Below, in pieces: positions 22,176-32,001 of a stretch of 64,000 nt of DNA (its first letter is position 1; every line of letters begins with the position of its first letter). The DNA comes from an uncultured Acidobacteriota bacterium. Its GTDB lineage: Bacteria > Acidobacteriota > UBA6911. The notes under the pieces were generated by a model. That model saw only the letters and a program-made list of their open reading frames with translations, was not told the origin of the DNA and did not search any database. Made by a program: the position numbers and the translations under genes. Location: the NCBI GenBank assembly GCA_963843575.1, contig CAWJKZ010000012.1:1-64000 (forward strand), written 5' to 3'.

Positions 22176-24035
22176 TCATCGCGCGACGACCGGCACGGTC
22201 ACGTGGGACGCATGGGCTGTCGACCGATAAATCCTGTGCACGGCACTGCGGAAATCCCCGGCCGTCGCGTTGAAGATGTTCGGTACAAAGGTCTGGGGAT
22301 TCCTGTCGATCAAAGGGAACCAGGTACTCTGCACCTGAACCATGATCCGATGCCCCTTCCTGAACGCGTAGTTCTGCGTATGCAGATCTATCGTGAAGGG
22401 CAGGATCCGGCCGGGGGGGATCGGTTCGGGATGCTCGAAGCTCTTGCGATAGCGCCCACGGAAGACTTCGCAGGCTACCATGAGCTGGTAGCCTGCCATG
22501 TTCCAGTCGTCCGGGTGCTTCTCCGGATAAACATCGATCAGCTTGACGATCCAGTCGGCATCGCTTCCGGTCGTCGAAGCAAAAAGCCTCGCCTCGATTC
22601 CGCCGGCAATGGTGACGTCCTCCGTCAGTATGTCGCTCTCCCAGCCAAGGACGTCGGGACGATCATCAACGAAGCGTTGATCCTCGACCTGCCAGCTTCC
22701 CCAGCCCGACCCAGAGGGGAAATAGGTGGGTTGGATAGGCCGATGGCGGTAGGGTACCGGGTGAGCCGGATCGGAGGTGTAGCTGTCGAAGGCATCGCTT
22801 CCGCTTGACCCGGGCGGATCGAAGCCGAGCTTCTTCCCCGCGTGAAAATAGAGCTTCTTCTCCACCGTGCGCGCCGACGGTGGCCAGCTGTCCCACGACC
22901 GCCAAGCATTGGCACCCGCTTCGAACGTGACGGCCTCCGCCTCCGGCGCCGGTCCCTTGTCCTTAAGGTAGAAGGCGAACCATGGCGCCTGGATCTTCTC
23001 GCGGTAATACCTCGAGGTTGGGCTTCCGAACTTTATGGGTCCGAGACTCTCGCCTCCAGCTTGGTTCCAGCCGCCATGGTTCCAGGGTCCTACGACCAGG
23101 AAGTTCATCTTCCTTCGGTCATGCGGCTCGAGGGCACTGTAAATCCGCATCGGTCCGAAGAAATCCTCCTGGTCCCACCATCCGGCCACATTCAAGGTAG
23201 GCACCTGGACGCTCGTCAGGTACGGAACCAGGGTTTGCCGCTTCCAGAAATCGTCATAGTCCGGGTGTGTCACAAAGTCGTTCCACGTCGGGATCTTGGT
23301 CAGCAGATGCTTCCGGTTCACATTCGAAAGCGGGCCGAGTTCGAGATACCAGTCGAAGGTGTCGTACCGCTCGAATTCGAAATTGGACTGTTCCTTGCTG
23401 GTTTCCATGCGGGCCGCATATTCGAAGCCATAGCTCAACCGAAAGGCGCCGTTGTGATGGAAGTCGTCGCCCAGCCACATGTCGGCGGGGGAAGCCTGAG
23501 GCGAAACCGCCTTCAGGGCGGGATGCGGCTCCAGCATCGCCATCGCCGTAAGCCAGCCCCCGTATGACACACCCAGCATGCCGACCCGGCCGTTGTGACC
23601 GCTCACATTCTTGATAAGCCATTCGACTGAGTCGTAGGCATCTGAAGCCTCATCGATCGAGCGAGGATCTTTGCGTTCCCTCACTGGACGCTGCATCACG
23701 AAGGTGCCTTCGGAGGTATACCGGCCGCGAATGTCCTGGAAGACAAAGATGTAACCGTCGTCGACGAGTTCCTTATAGCTCCCTTCAAAACTCCGGGCCG
23801 CTCCTCCAATGCCGTACGGTGTCCGAATCAGAAGCAGCGGCAGCGGCTCCTTGCGGCCTTTCGGGACGTAGATTACGGTGTGGAGCTTTATTCCGTCCCG
23901 CATCGGAATCATCACGTCGCGGATGTCCCAATGGGCGGCGACGTCAGGTGCCTGAGGAGGAGCGACGGATGCCCCGTCCTGGAAAATGGAATGCATCAGA
24001 AGAAGCAACAACAGAGATACGGCGCCCGCGGGCAT
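22176..24035 (-). CDS. CocE/NonD family hydrolase (alpha-amino acid ester hydrolase / glutaryl-7-ACA acylase-like)
   Basis: IPMRDGIKL, RTPY, QDIRGRYTSEG, GVSYGG, GDDFHHNGA, GWWDQED, GPWNHG and QSTWFPLIDRNPQ. Confidence 0.92.
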   Translation of the reverse strand: MPAGAVSLLLLLLMHSIFQDGASVAPPQAPDVAAHWDIRDVMIPMRDGIKLHTVIYVPKGRKEPLPLLLIRTPYGIGGAARSFEGSYKELVDDGYIFVFQDIRGRYTSEGTFVMQRPVRERKDPRSIDEASDAYDSVEWLIKNVSGHNGRVGMLGVSYGGWLTAMAMLEPHPALKAVSPQASPADMWLGDDFHHNGAFRLSYGFEYAARMETSKEQSNFEFERYDTFDWYLELGPLSNVNRKHLLTKIPTWNDFVTHPDYDDFWKRQTLVPYLTSVQVPTLNVAGWWDQEDFFGPMRIYSALEPHDRRKMNFLVVGPWNHGGWNQAGGESLGPIKFGSPTSRYYREKIQAPWFAFYLKDKGPAPEAEAVTFEAGANAWRSWDSWPPSARTVEKKLYFHAGKKLGFDPPGSSGSDAFDSYTSDPAHPVPYRHRPIQPTYFPSGSGWGSWQVEDQRFVDDRPDVLGWESDILTEDVTIAGGIEARLFASTTGSDADWIVKLIDVYPEKHPDDWNMAGYQLMVACEVFRGRYRKSFEHPEPIPPGRILPFTIDLHTQNYAFRKGHRIMVQVQSTWFPLIDRNPQTFVPNIFNATAGDFRSAVHRIYRSTAHASHVTVPVVAR

Positions 24036-24079
24036 ATCCAAACTCCCTTGCTGCTGGAATCAAAGATAAAAGCCAAAAC

Positions 24080-24199
24080 AGCACGCAGATTCCGCAGATC
24101 CAACGGATTCACGCGGATCGGCCGCGTCCGTCGCCATGTCGATCCGTGGGGATCCGCGCACATCCGCGTCCTGAAAAATGCGTTAGAACATCAGTACTA
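24080..24199 (-). repeat. Dispersed GCGGAT-periodic palindromic repeat, copy 3
   Basis: Reverse complement reads TAGTACTGATGTTCTAACGCATTTTTCAGGACGCGGATGTGCGCGGATCCCCACGGATCGAC...GATCCGCGTGAATCCGTTGGATC; closely matches the copy at 55401. Confidence 0.8.
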
Positions 24200-24589
24200 A
24201 GGCAGAACGTTCACGGTGATACCCGACGGCAAGAGCGACCGGGCGAACTGCTCCGAGGGGCCGAGTTGCCGGGAGTAGTTGTCAGCACCGTAGGGGCCCA
24301 CCGTGTAAGGGGTGCGCATCATCCAGATGGGATACTTCCGGGACGTGTCCTTCGGCGCGTAGACGGCGACGAACAGCTTCACGCCATCCCGCATCGGCAC
24401 CAGTTGCTCCGACTTGGTGTAGGTCGCCTTGATGAAGTCGCGCAGGTCCTCGGCTTTGCGGCGCTCGTCCGCCCTGCGCTGCTCTTCACTGCCGGATTCC
24501 TGCGCGGGCAGGGGCAGAACGAAGACGGCGGCCAGAAGGATGAGAAAAACAGCGATACTCCGAAAGCCTGTGCGCTGCTCGACGGGCAT
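24197..24589 (-). pseudogene. Truncated CocE/NonD hydrolase (N-terminal fragment only)
   Basis: Signal peptide, YTKSEQLVPMRDGVKLF and MMRTPYTVGPYG, then the frame ends at 130 aa at the TAG that starts the repeat; no catalytic motifs follow. Confidence 0.72.
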
Positions 24590-24783
24590 GGTGGTTCTCC
24601 GGCGTGAAGGTAATGGATGCCAGAATGCTCCTTCGAATATACAACGAAAGCGGGCTCCAGACGAGACGCGCGAGCCTCGACTGACTGGGGAGCGGCACGA
24701 AGTACACGTGTCGTGTCGGAGGGGTTCGCCCGGGTTACCCCGGTTTCGACCAGGCCATCCGGGGCGGTGAATTCAGGCAAACT

Positions 24784-25941
24784 TCAGGGTGCGGGCTTAA
24801 CCGCAGCGTCTCGTTCCTTTGCGTTGAGCCTGAGCACGATCTCACGTTCGCGTTGGCTGTCTTCCCTCCTGTTGAGACGCTGATACACCGACGCGAGCTG
24901 AACGTGCACCTGCTGGAAATCGGGGGACTGGCGCGCGACCTGCTCGAGGTGCTTCAGCGCCTCGTCGAGCTCTCCGCGGGCCGCGTGCAGGGATCCGACC
25001 TGGTACCGCGCCTCCACCGACTCCGGCCGCAACTGCAGCGCGTGAGCGAGATATGGAGCGGCGTCCGCCAGCTTGCCGCCGTGACGCAGGAGGCCTCCTA
25101 GATACAGGTTCGCCTCGAAGTCGTTCGGGTCGGCCTCGAGCGCACGCCGCAACGCACCCTCCGCCCCTTGCGCGTCCCCATCGTCGAGCAAGGCGCGCCC
25201 ATAAAGCAACCATGCGCCGGGCAGCGCGGGATTCGACTCGACGGCCTTGCGCAGGGAAATTACCGCTGCCTTGTGGTCGCCGGCTTCGAACTGAACCGAT
25301 CCCAGCAGGAGATTCGCCTCGGGAGTGTTGCCGTCCCTCAGGATGGGATCCACGACTACTTCGCCGCGGCTGACCTGGCCGTCGCGAATGAGCGCCGTGC
25401 CCAACAGATAGGCGACGGTCCGGTCCTCGGGATTGGACCCGTGGACGGTTTCGAGCAATTGCACCATATCCTTGTGACGACCCAGCCGCAGGTAACAGTC
25501 TGCCAGCAAATAGAGAGACTGCCGGTTCTCCGGCTGTTCCCTGCGCAACCGCTCGAGGTCGGCGGCCGCATCCGCGAACCTGGCCTGTTTGTAGCGGGCG
25601 ACGGCGAGATTCATCCGCACGACCGGATTCCGCGGGTCGCGCTTCAGGGCTTCCTGGTACTGTGCGACCGCCTCGTCGAGACGACCGGCGCGAACTAGCG
25701 CCACTGCCAGGTTGGTCCGTGCTTGCACCAGGTCCGGCTCGAGCTTGAGCAGGAGCCCGTAGAGACGGATGGCTTGCGGGATATCCCCACTGTCGTAGGC
25801 AGCTGCAGCATCCCTGTACAGGTCGGAAGGCGGTGGAGCCTGCGCCGGCAAGGGATTCACCAGCATCAACAGCACGGCCAGGGTGAACCAGCCGGCTGCA
25901 GTGGGTTCACGAATCGTCACTGGCAGCTGCTCCGATCTCAT
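24784..25941 (-). CDS. Exported tetratricopeptide repeat protein
   Basis: TPR motifs throughout (ARTNLAVAL, ANLYLGGLL, ARYQVGSL); hydrophobic signal segment; lies downstream of a CRTAC1 gene. Confidence 0.87.
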   Translation of the reverse strand: MRSEQLPVTIREPTAAGWFTLAVLLMLVNPLPAQAPPPSDLYRDAAAAYDSGDIPQAIRLYGLLLKLEPDLVQARTNLAVALVRAGRLDEAVAQYQEALKRDPRNPVVRMNLAVARYKQARFADAAADLERLRREQPENRQSLYLLADCYLRLGRHKDMVQLLETVHGSNPEDRTVAYLLGTALIRDGQVSRGEVVVDPILRDGNTPEANLLLGSVQFEAGDHKAAVISLRKAVESNPALPGAWLLYGRALLDDGDAQGAEGALRRALEADPNDFEANLYLGGLLRHGGKLADAAPYLAHALQLRPESVEARYQVGSLHAARGELDEALKHLEQVARQSPDFQQVHVQLASVYQRLNRREDSQREREIVLRLNAKERDAAVKPAP

Positions 25942-25970
25942 TTCAGGAAACACGGATTGCAGCGGTCCTG

Positions 25971-27800
25971 CTATTTATCCGCGTCGATCCGCGTCGATCC
26001 TCGTTCCGGAATCCTGCCCTGCGTGATCGTCAGGACCTGATCGGCCTTGACGCCGGTCAGGTTCTGGCGGAGCCCGCCCGGCCAGGTCACTTCGAGTTTT
26101 TGGATCACCGACGCATTTCCCAGCCCGAAGTGGACGCGCTTGTCGCTGCTGGAATTGTACCCCACCATCGTGGTGGCATGGTTGTATTGGGTTCCGCCCT
26201 CTGTCGCGATCCGGACCTTGGCTCCAAGCCCGTCCCGGTTATCGCGGGTGCCGACCAGCCTGAGGATGATCCAGTGGTTGTGGTTTCTGCAGCGGTTCAG
26301 CAGCAACCGGGGCCGGGCGTTCAGGACCAAGACGACCACGTCCATCCTGCCGTCATTGTTGAAATCGCCGAAAGCCGCACCGCGGTGCGCGGCGGACACC
26401 GCAAAGTCGGCACCGAGCTGGTCGCTGACATCGGCAAAAGTGAAGTTGCCGTTGTTGCGGAACAGGCTGTTCGGAAGCGTGGCGGGACGGCGTTCGACTT
26501 CCATGGAGTTGTCCAGGATCTCACCGTTCGCAGTAAACAGATCCTTGAAACCGTCGTTGTCGAAATCGAACGCGCCTGTCCCCCAGGCCGTCAGGCGCGC
26601 GGTCAGCAGGCTCAGCCCCGAAGCGTTGGTCACATCCGCGAATTGCCCCCCGCCCAGGTTCCGGTATATGGGGAAGGAGTCGGCGAACATGGCGGTGTGA
26701 AAGACATCGGGAAGGCCGTCGTTGTTCAAATCCCTGAAGTCCGCGCCCATGCCTGCGACCGTGTTGCCATTATCGTCGTAAGCGACGCCGCTCCGCAGGG
26801 CGACCTCGGAAAAAGTCCCGTCCGCGTCGTTGTGCAACAGAAAGTTCTGAAACGTATCGTTCGAGACGAAGATATCGGTGAATCCGTCGCCGTCGTAGTC
26901 GGCAAAAGCCGCTCCCATCCCCTTGCCGACAAACCGAGAAATGCGCGACGGGCGGGATGCGTCCGTGAACGTGCCGTCCCCATTGTTGCGATAGAGGATA
27001 TTCGGCATTCCCCTGAAATTGTTGGGTGCGCAATAGGCAGGGTGACTGCCTATTGCGCAGGGCGGTGCGCTGGCGACGCTGTAGTCGAGATAGTTCACGA
27101 CAAACAGGTCGAGCAGGCCGTCGTTGTTGTAGTCCAGCCAGCCGGAGGCAACAGCCCACGCCTTGCCTTGCTTCGGGACGTCGCCGGCCACCCCGGCCTT
27201 GGCGGTTACATCGGTGAAAGTGCCGTCCCCGTTGTTGTGGCGGAGTTCGTTGCGATTCACCCCGGCAACGTAGAGATCCGTGAAGCCGTCATTGTCGTAA
27301 TCACCGGCGGCGACGCCCATCGCGTACCCATTGCCGCTCAACCCCGATCGCTCCGTCACGTCCGCGAATGTCCCGTCGCCGTTGTTGCGGTACAGACGGT
27401 TGTAGTAACTCGAGTCGGCCTTCTCCAGTGAGGGGATCGCGGCCCCATTGGTGAAAAATACGTCGAGCAGCCCGTCATTGTCGTAGTCGAACAACGCAAC
27501 GCCGCCCATCATGGTTTCGATCGCGTATCGCTGTGGGCTGACGCTGTTCCTGGCGACGAAGTCGATCTGCGACCGCGCGATGACATCCTCAAACGCCATG
27601 TCGGTGATCGCAGCCGCGGGAGGATTGCGCAAGGACCTGGGAACGACGGGCACCCTGGCCTGTCGCCCGCTCTGGGTGGTCGCGGGCGCTTGCGCTCGGG
27701 ATAAAGGACCGGGCCACACGGTGACCGTCGCGACGAAGATAACAACCAGTGCGCCCGACAAGGCTGCACGGACAGTGACCCGGTGCGGACGTGCGGGCAT
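25971..27800 (-). CDS. CRTAC1 family protein (FG-GAP + ASPIC/UnbV)
   Basis: DYDNDG repeats, NRLYRNNGDGTF, GKGMG, NRDGLGAKV and SSSDKRVHFGLG. Confidence 0.92.
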   Translation of the reverse strand: MPARPHRVTVRAALSGALVVIFVATVTVWPGPLSRAQAPATTQSGRQARVPVVPRSLRNPPAAAITDMAFEDVIARSQIDFVARNSVSPQRYAIETMMGGVALFDYDNDGLLDVFFTNGAAIPSLEKADSSYYNRLYRNNGDGTFADVTERSGLSGNGYAMGVAAGDYDNDGFTDLYVAGVNRNELRHNNGDGTFTDVTAKAGVAGDVPKQGKAWAVASGWLDYNNDGLLDLFVVNYLDYSVASAPPCAIGSHPAYCAPNNFRGMPNILYRNNGDGTFTDASRPSRISRFVGKGMGAAFADYDGDGFTDIFVSNDTFQNFLLHNDADGTFSEVALRSGVAYDDNGNTVAGMGADFRDLNNDGLPDVFHTAMFADSFPIYRNLGGGQFADVTNASGLSLLTARLTAWGTGAFDFDNDGFKDLFTANGEILDNSMEVERRPATLPNSLFRNNGNFTFADVSDQLGADFAVSAAHRGAAFGDFNNDGRMDVVVLVLNARPRLLLNRCRNHNHWIILRLVGTRDNRDGLGAKVRIATEGGTQYNHATTMVGYNSSSDKRVHFGLGNASVIQKLEVTWPGGLRQNLTGVKADQVLTITQGRIPERGSTRIDADK

Positions 27801-27924
27801 AAAATCATTTCTCCGGTACCGGCGCCCAGCATAGCACGCGCGGCTTTTTCGCTACAAATCTCCGAGAATTCCGTGGCAAGCTTCGGATGCGGCGCTGCAC
27901 GGACAGCTTCGTCATGGGGACGGC

Positions 27925-29634
27925 ATGGCCTGGTCGAGAACATTCGGGATCGCCCTTCTCCTGTTCGGCGGACTCATGGGCGGGAGAGCCGTCCGCCCCG
28001 CAGCGCAGATCAGGGTCTCGAACGGCGAACGGCCCTCCGGGTGGTTCACCGATGCCGCCAAACGCTGCGACTTCGTCTATCGCACCAACAACGATTTCAC
28101 CGGACGCAAGTACTTTCCCCAGCCGATGTGCGGCGGGATTGCCGTCCTGGATTATGACGACGACGGCTTGCTCGATATTTTTTTCAGCAACGGCGCAAAG
28201 CTCCCCGAACTGAGAAAGACCGGGCCGGAGTACTACAATTGCCTCCTCCGCAACCAGGGAGACGGCACGTTCGCGGATGTCACCGCAAAGGCCGGATTGG
28301 CCGGAGAAACTCTGGGATACAGCTTCGGGGTGGCCGCCGGCGACTTCGACAACGACGGACGCTGCGACCTTTTCATCGCGAATGCCGGGCGAAATGCCCT
28401 GTACCACAACCAAGGCGACGGGAGGTTCGTCGATGTGACCGCCAGGTCCGGCCTTGACCGCAAACCGGAGAACCTGCTGAGTGTGGGTGCTGCGTGGCTC
28501 GACTACGACAACGACGGGCTGCTCGACCTGTTTCTCACGAACTATACCTTCTGGACGCCCGCTACCGACCGCCGCTGCCTTATGGGTGCGGCCACGGACG
28601 TCTACTGCGTACCGACCTTCTACCAAAGCGTCCCTTCGCGCTTATATCACAACCTCGGCCGCGGTCGGTTCGAAGACGTCACCCAGAAGTCGGGTGTCGG
28701 CGGCGCCTTGGGCAAGGGAATGGGTATCTCCATCGCGGACTTCAACCGCGACGGCTGGGCGGACGTTTTCGTCTCCAATGACACGGTGAGGAACTTCCTT
28801 TTTGTCAACCAGCGCAACGGTACTTTCAGGGAAGCGGGCGTGGCGCTAGGAGCCGCCTACAACGAGCTGGGCGACACCGTCTCCGGCATGGGCAGCGACG
28901 CCAGGGACTATACCAACGACGGTTGGGTGGACGTGGTCTACAACGACCTCGTAGGCGAGGTATTCGGCCTCCTGAGAAACAGCGGCGGCGAGTTGTTCGA
29001 AGACGTCACAAGGAAGGCAAACATATTCACGCTGAGCAAACCATTGTCGGGCTGGAGTATAGGCTTCATCGATTACGACAACGACGGCTGGAAAGAAATC
29101 TACTCCGCCAATGGCGACGTGGATAACGTGCGGGCGGGTTCGAGGCAGCGCGACTCCATGTGGGCGAACCTGGAAGGGCAGAAATTCGTCGATGTGAGCG
29201 CGCAGATGGGACAGGATTTCGCTTTCCTCGGATATCAGCGCGGTTCGGCATTCGCGGACCTGAATAATGACGGCTTCATGGACCTGGTCGTCACCTCGCT
29301 GGGGGAGAAACCCCGCATCCTAATGAACAATGCGCTGAACGGCAACCACTGGGTCATGTTCGATCTCAGGGGACGCCGTAGCAATAGGGACGGCATCGGC
29401 GCCAGCCTGCAACTCACGATGGGATCGGGGAGGATGCTTTACAACCACTCATCCACCAGCGTGGGGCTGATGTCCTCGAGTGACAGGCGCGTGCACTTGG
29501 GACTCGGGAAAGAACAGGCCATCGTGAGTGTCGAGATCCGGTGGCCGAGCGGAACCGTGCAACGCCTCGACGCAGTCAACGCCGATCAAATCCTGAGGGT
29601 ACAGGAGCCGGAAGACAGGAACGCTGCCAAGTGA
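27925..29634 (+). CDS. CRTAC1 family protein (FG-GAP + ASPIC/UnbV)
   Basis: DYDDDG/DFDNDG repeats, GKGMGI, SNRDGIGA, SSSDRRVHLGLG and IRWPSG. Confidence 0.92.
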   Translation: MAWSRTFGIALLLFGGLMGGRAVRPAAQIRVSNGERPSGWFTDAAKRCDFVYRTNNDFTGRKYFPQPMCGGIAVLDYDDDGLLDIFFSNGAKLPELRKTGPEYYNCLLRNQGDGTFADVTAKAGLAGETLGYSFGVAAGDFDNDGRCDLFIANAGRNALYHNQGDGRFVDVTARSGLDRKPENLLSVGAAWLDYDNDGLLDLFLTNYTFWTPATDRRCLMGAATDVYCVPTFYQSVPSRLYHNLGRGRFEDVTQKSGVGGALGKGMGISIADFNRDGWADVFVSNDTVRNFLFVNQRNGTFREAGVALGAAYNELGDTVSGMGSDARDYTNDGWVDVVYNDLVGEVFGLLRNSGGELFEDVTRKANIFTLSKPLSGWSIGFIDYDNDGWKEIYSANGDVDNVRAGSRQRDSMWANLEGQKFVDVSAQMGQDFAFLGYQRGSAFADLNNDGFMDLVVTSLGEKPRILMNNALNGNHWVMFDLRGRRSNRDGIGASLQLTMGSGRMLYNHSSTSVGLMSSSDRRVHLGLGKEQAIVSVEIRWPSGTVQRLDAVNADQILRVQEPEDRNAAK

Positions 29635-29652
29635 CGCTCGGCGAGCGAACCG

Positions 29653-31623
29653 CTATTCCACTTCGAACTCGGCGTGACGAACCGCAGAGACGTTTCCCGC
29701 CGAATCGGACGCTTTGAGAACGACGGCATAGCCTCCCGGCGGCAGCGAGTCGAGCGGCACTTTCAAGCCGACCGGGATTACCGGATTGCCGGGCAGAACC
29801 CTGTTGGTCATGTCCAGGCGTCCGGAATCGATCTTGACATCTCCGCTCTGGCGATTGAGCACAACCAGCTGGATCAGGACCTTGGGCGGATCGGGACCGC
29901 GCAGCAGCGGTTCGTAGATCTCGACATACAGCATGGCCGGATCCGTCTTCCTGTAACGGTTGTTGCCTGAGGGTATGAACTGCAGTCCCCGGCTCACGAA
30001 GGGCGTGTGCTCACCCGCCAGCACAGCCCCGGACGACTGTGCCGCGGCCACGTCGCGCGACTCCTTCGACAGCGCGATGGCGCTGAGCGCAAAATGTTCC
30101 CCATCCCAGGGTTCGATGGTCAGCGGTGCCTCCAACTTCCCGAACTTGTCGCGATCCGAGCTGAAGACCATCTTCAGCGTGTAATTGCCTGCGGCTGCAA
30201 CGAGGTCGTTTTCGTAGCGGTACGGTCGTTGCTTGAACTGCTCCACTTCGTTCTTGCCCTGGAAGTCGAATTCCACCGTGTCGCTGAAGCGCGCTCCCAC
30301 CTCTCCCGCAGGGGAGGCTGCAATACCGAGCACATTCAAGCTGGCATGGAATCTGCCGTTCTGCTTCACGAAATTGAAGGCCGCCGCTGGGATCTCAGCG
30401 GTGATGTGGACCCGAGCCCGGTCCGGAGCCGTGTAGAAGAAGGGGGATTGCATCTGGCCGCCTATGCTGCCGGCCTGAGATCCGGCGGCGCGGGCCTCGA
30501 GTTCCCTGCCGGCCGGCGTTCCCGCAAGAGGGTCGCTGAGGTCGATGTTGCAGTATTCGGTTCGGGCCCGAACGACGGCGCCTCCGCGGTCCACCTTCAC
30601 TTTGACCTTGTGGCATCTTTCCCCGCCCGGTGGCGCGGGTGAATAGGCAATGAGGTAATGCTCCTCCTGGTCCTGCGCGATTTTCCGCAGTGCGTTGAGG
30701 GCGTCCTTCGAACTATCGATTGCCAGACCTCCCGTAGCCGCCGCGAGCGGACCCAGTTGATTCTCGACCAGCGCGCGATCGACGCGAACATCAACCAGGT
30801 AAATGGCGACGTTGGCCCGGTTGAAGGCATTGATGGCGCCGTTCATGTCTTCGGGCTGCACATAGTATGAGACAGCGGGAGCAGGCGGAGCCTCTATCGC
30901 GCTGCCAAGCACGCCCGCTCCCACGCTGCCGGGATCCGTGCGGGCACGGACGTCGTAGTTGACGGTCGGGGCGAGCACGACGATCGCCTTGCGCCCTGGC
31001 GTCGAGCCCAGGGACTTGGCCACCTCGACCAACGCTTGCAGCTGACTGCGAACATCGTATGCGACGGATGCTGCGGTCCGTGTCGGGTCGGCGTAGACGG
31101 ACGATGTCACCCCGGACACCCCGGCCGCCGAATCGGACGACAATACTCCGGAAGCCTCCATGTTCTTCGCGGCCTGTGTCAGCCGCTCGGCGTCCGCCGT
31201 GAAATTCTGAATGACTTTGATGCCGCCGCTGCCGAGGTAGTTGAGGATCGCCATCTGACGATGCGGTGCCGAGTAGGCTTCAATAAACCTCGTGGCCGCT
31301 TCCCGCGCATACGGCTGATCCGCCACAGGGATCCTGCCGAACAAAAGGACAGTATGCATCGGGGCCGTGGTTGCAGCCGTCTCGCGGTGAACACTCTGAA
31401 TGGCCTGTTCCTTGTTGCCTTCCCAGAGGTGAAACTCCGTCGGGGCGAGGTCGCGGATGAAGTCTCCCTTCTTGTCGGTAACAATCGCATCGACCAGTAC
31501 CAGTCGAGTCTCCGATCCGACGGTGGTCGCGTCGCCCCGCACGGGCCTGGGCGCCTGTCCTGCATCCGCGAGAGTCGTCAAGCCGAGAGTTGCCAGGAGA
31601 AGCACTTCGCGACGATGACGCAT
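29653..31623 (-). CDS. VWFA-related acidobacterial domain protein
   Basis: Signal peptide; RLVLVDAIVTDKKG...DL...F, PGRKAIV, ANVAIYLVD, LAAATGG, YLIAYSP and KVKVKV; AGGAGG RBS before ATG 31623. Confidence 0.85.
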   Translation of the reverse strand: MRHRREVLLLATLGLTTLADAGQAPRPVRGDATTVGSETRLVLVDAIVTDKKGDFIRDLAPTEFHLWEGNKEQAIQSVHRETAATTAPMHTVLLFGRIPVADQPYAREAATRFIEAYSAPHRQMAILNYLGSGGIKVIQNFTADAERLTQAAKNMEASGVLSSDSAAGVSGVTSSVYADPTRTAASVAYDVRSQLQALVEVAKSLGSTPGRKAIVVLAPTVNYDVRARTDPGSVGAGVLGSAIEAPPAPAVSYYVQPEDMNGAINAFNRANVAIYLVDVRVDRALVENQLGPLAAATGGLAIDSSKDALNALRKIAQDQEEHYLIAYSPAPPGGERCHKVKVKVDRGGAVVRARTEYCNIDLSDPLAGTPAGRELEARAAGSQAGSIGGQMQSPFFYTAPDRARVHITAEIPAAAFNFVKQNGRFHASLNVLGIAASPAGEVGARFSDTVEFDFQGKNEVEQFKQRPYRYENDLVAAAGNYTLKMVFSSDRDKFGKLEAPLTIEPWDGEHFALSAIALSKESRDVAAAQSSGAVLAGEHTPFVSRGLQFIPSGNNRYRKTDPAMLYVEIYEPLLRGPDPPKVLIQLVVLNRQSGDVKIDSGRLDMTNRVLPGNPVIPVGLKVPLDSLPPGGYAVVLKASDSAGNVSAVRHAEFEVE

Positions 31624-31639
31624 TCTCACCTCCTGAAAC

Positions 31640-31799
31640 TAACTACTCGTGTTTTGAACTACGCTAACGTTTCCAGGACGCGGATCTGCGCGGATGCACG
31701 CGGATTGCTGCCTGGTGGCAGGCCGCGCCCGATCCGCGTGAATCCTCAAAATCCGCGAAGATCCGCGTTCATCCGCGTCCGAAAAAACGTCATAGTACT
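31640..31799 (+). repeat. Dispersed GCGGAT-periodic palindromic repeat, copy 4 (most complete)
   Basis: TACTCGTGTT...CAGGACGCGGATCTGCGCGGATGCACGCGGATT...GATCCGCGTGAATCC...ATCCGCGAAGATCCGCGTTCATCCGCGTCC...TAGTACT. Confidence 0.8.
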
Positions 31800-32001
31800 T
31801 ATGCGTTTGGCCACTGAGAACAGGCCGTTCAACTCCCCAGGATCGATGTCGGTGGAGCGGGATGAGGGCAGGTCGCTTGAGGTCGGGGGGCTGGATTTCG
31901 CACATGGCATTGCCGCTGATGCCGCAGGTAAACCACCGGGGCTGCGCGGCCCGAGCTGGCCGCACAGTCACCCTCCCGGCGAAACTGATGACCTCCCTGG
32001 G

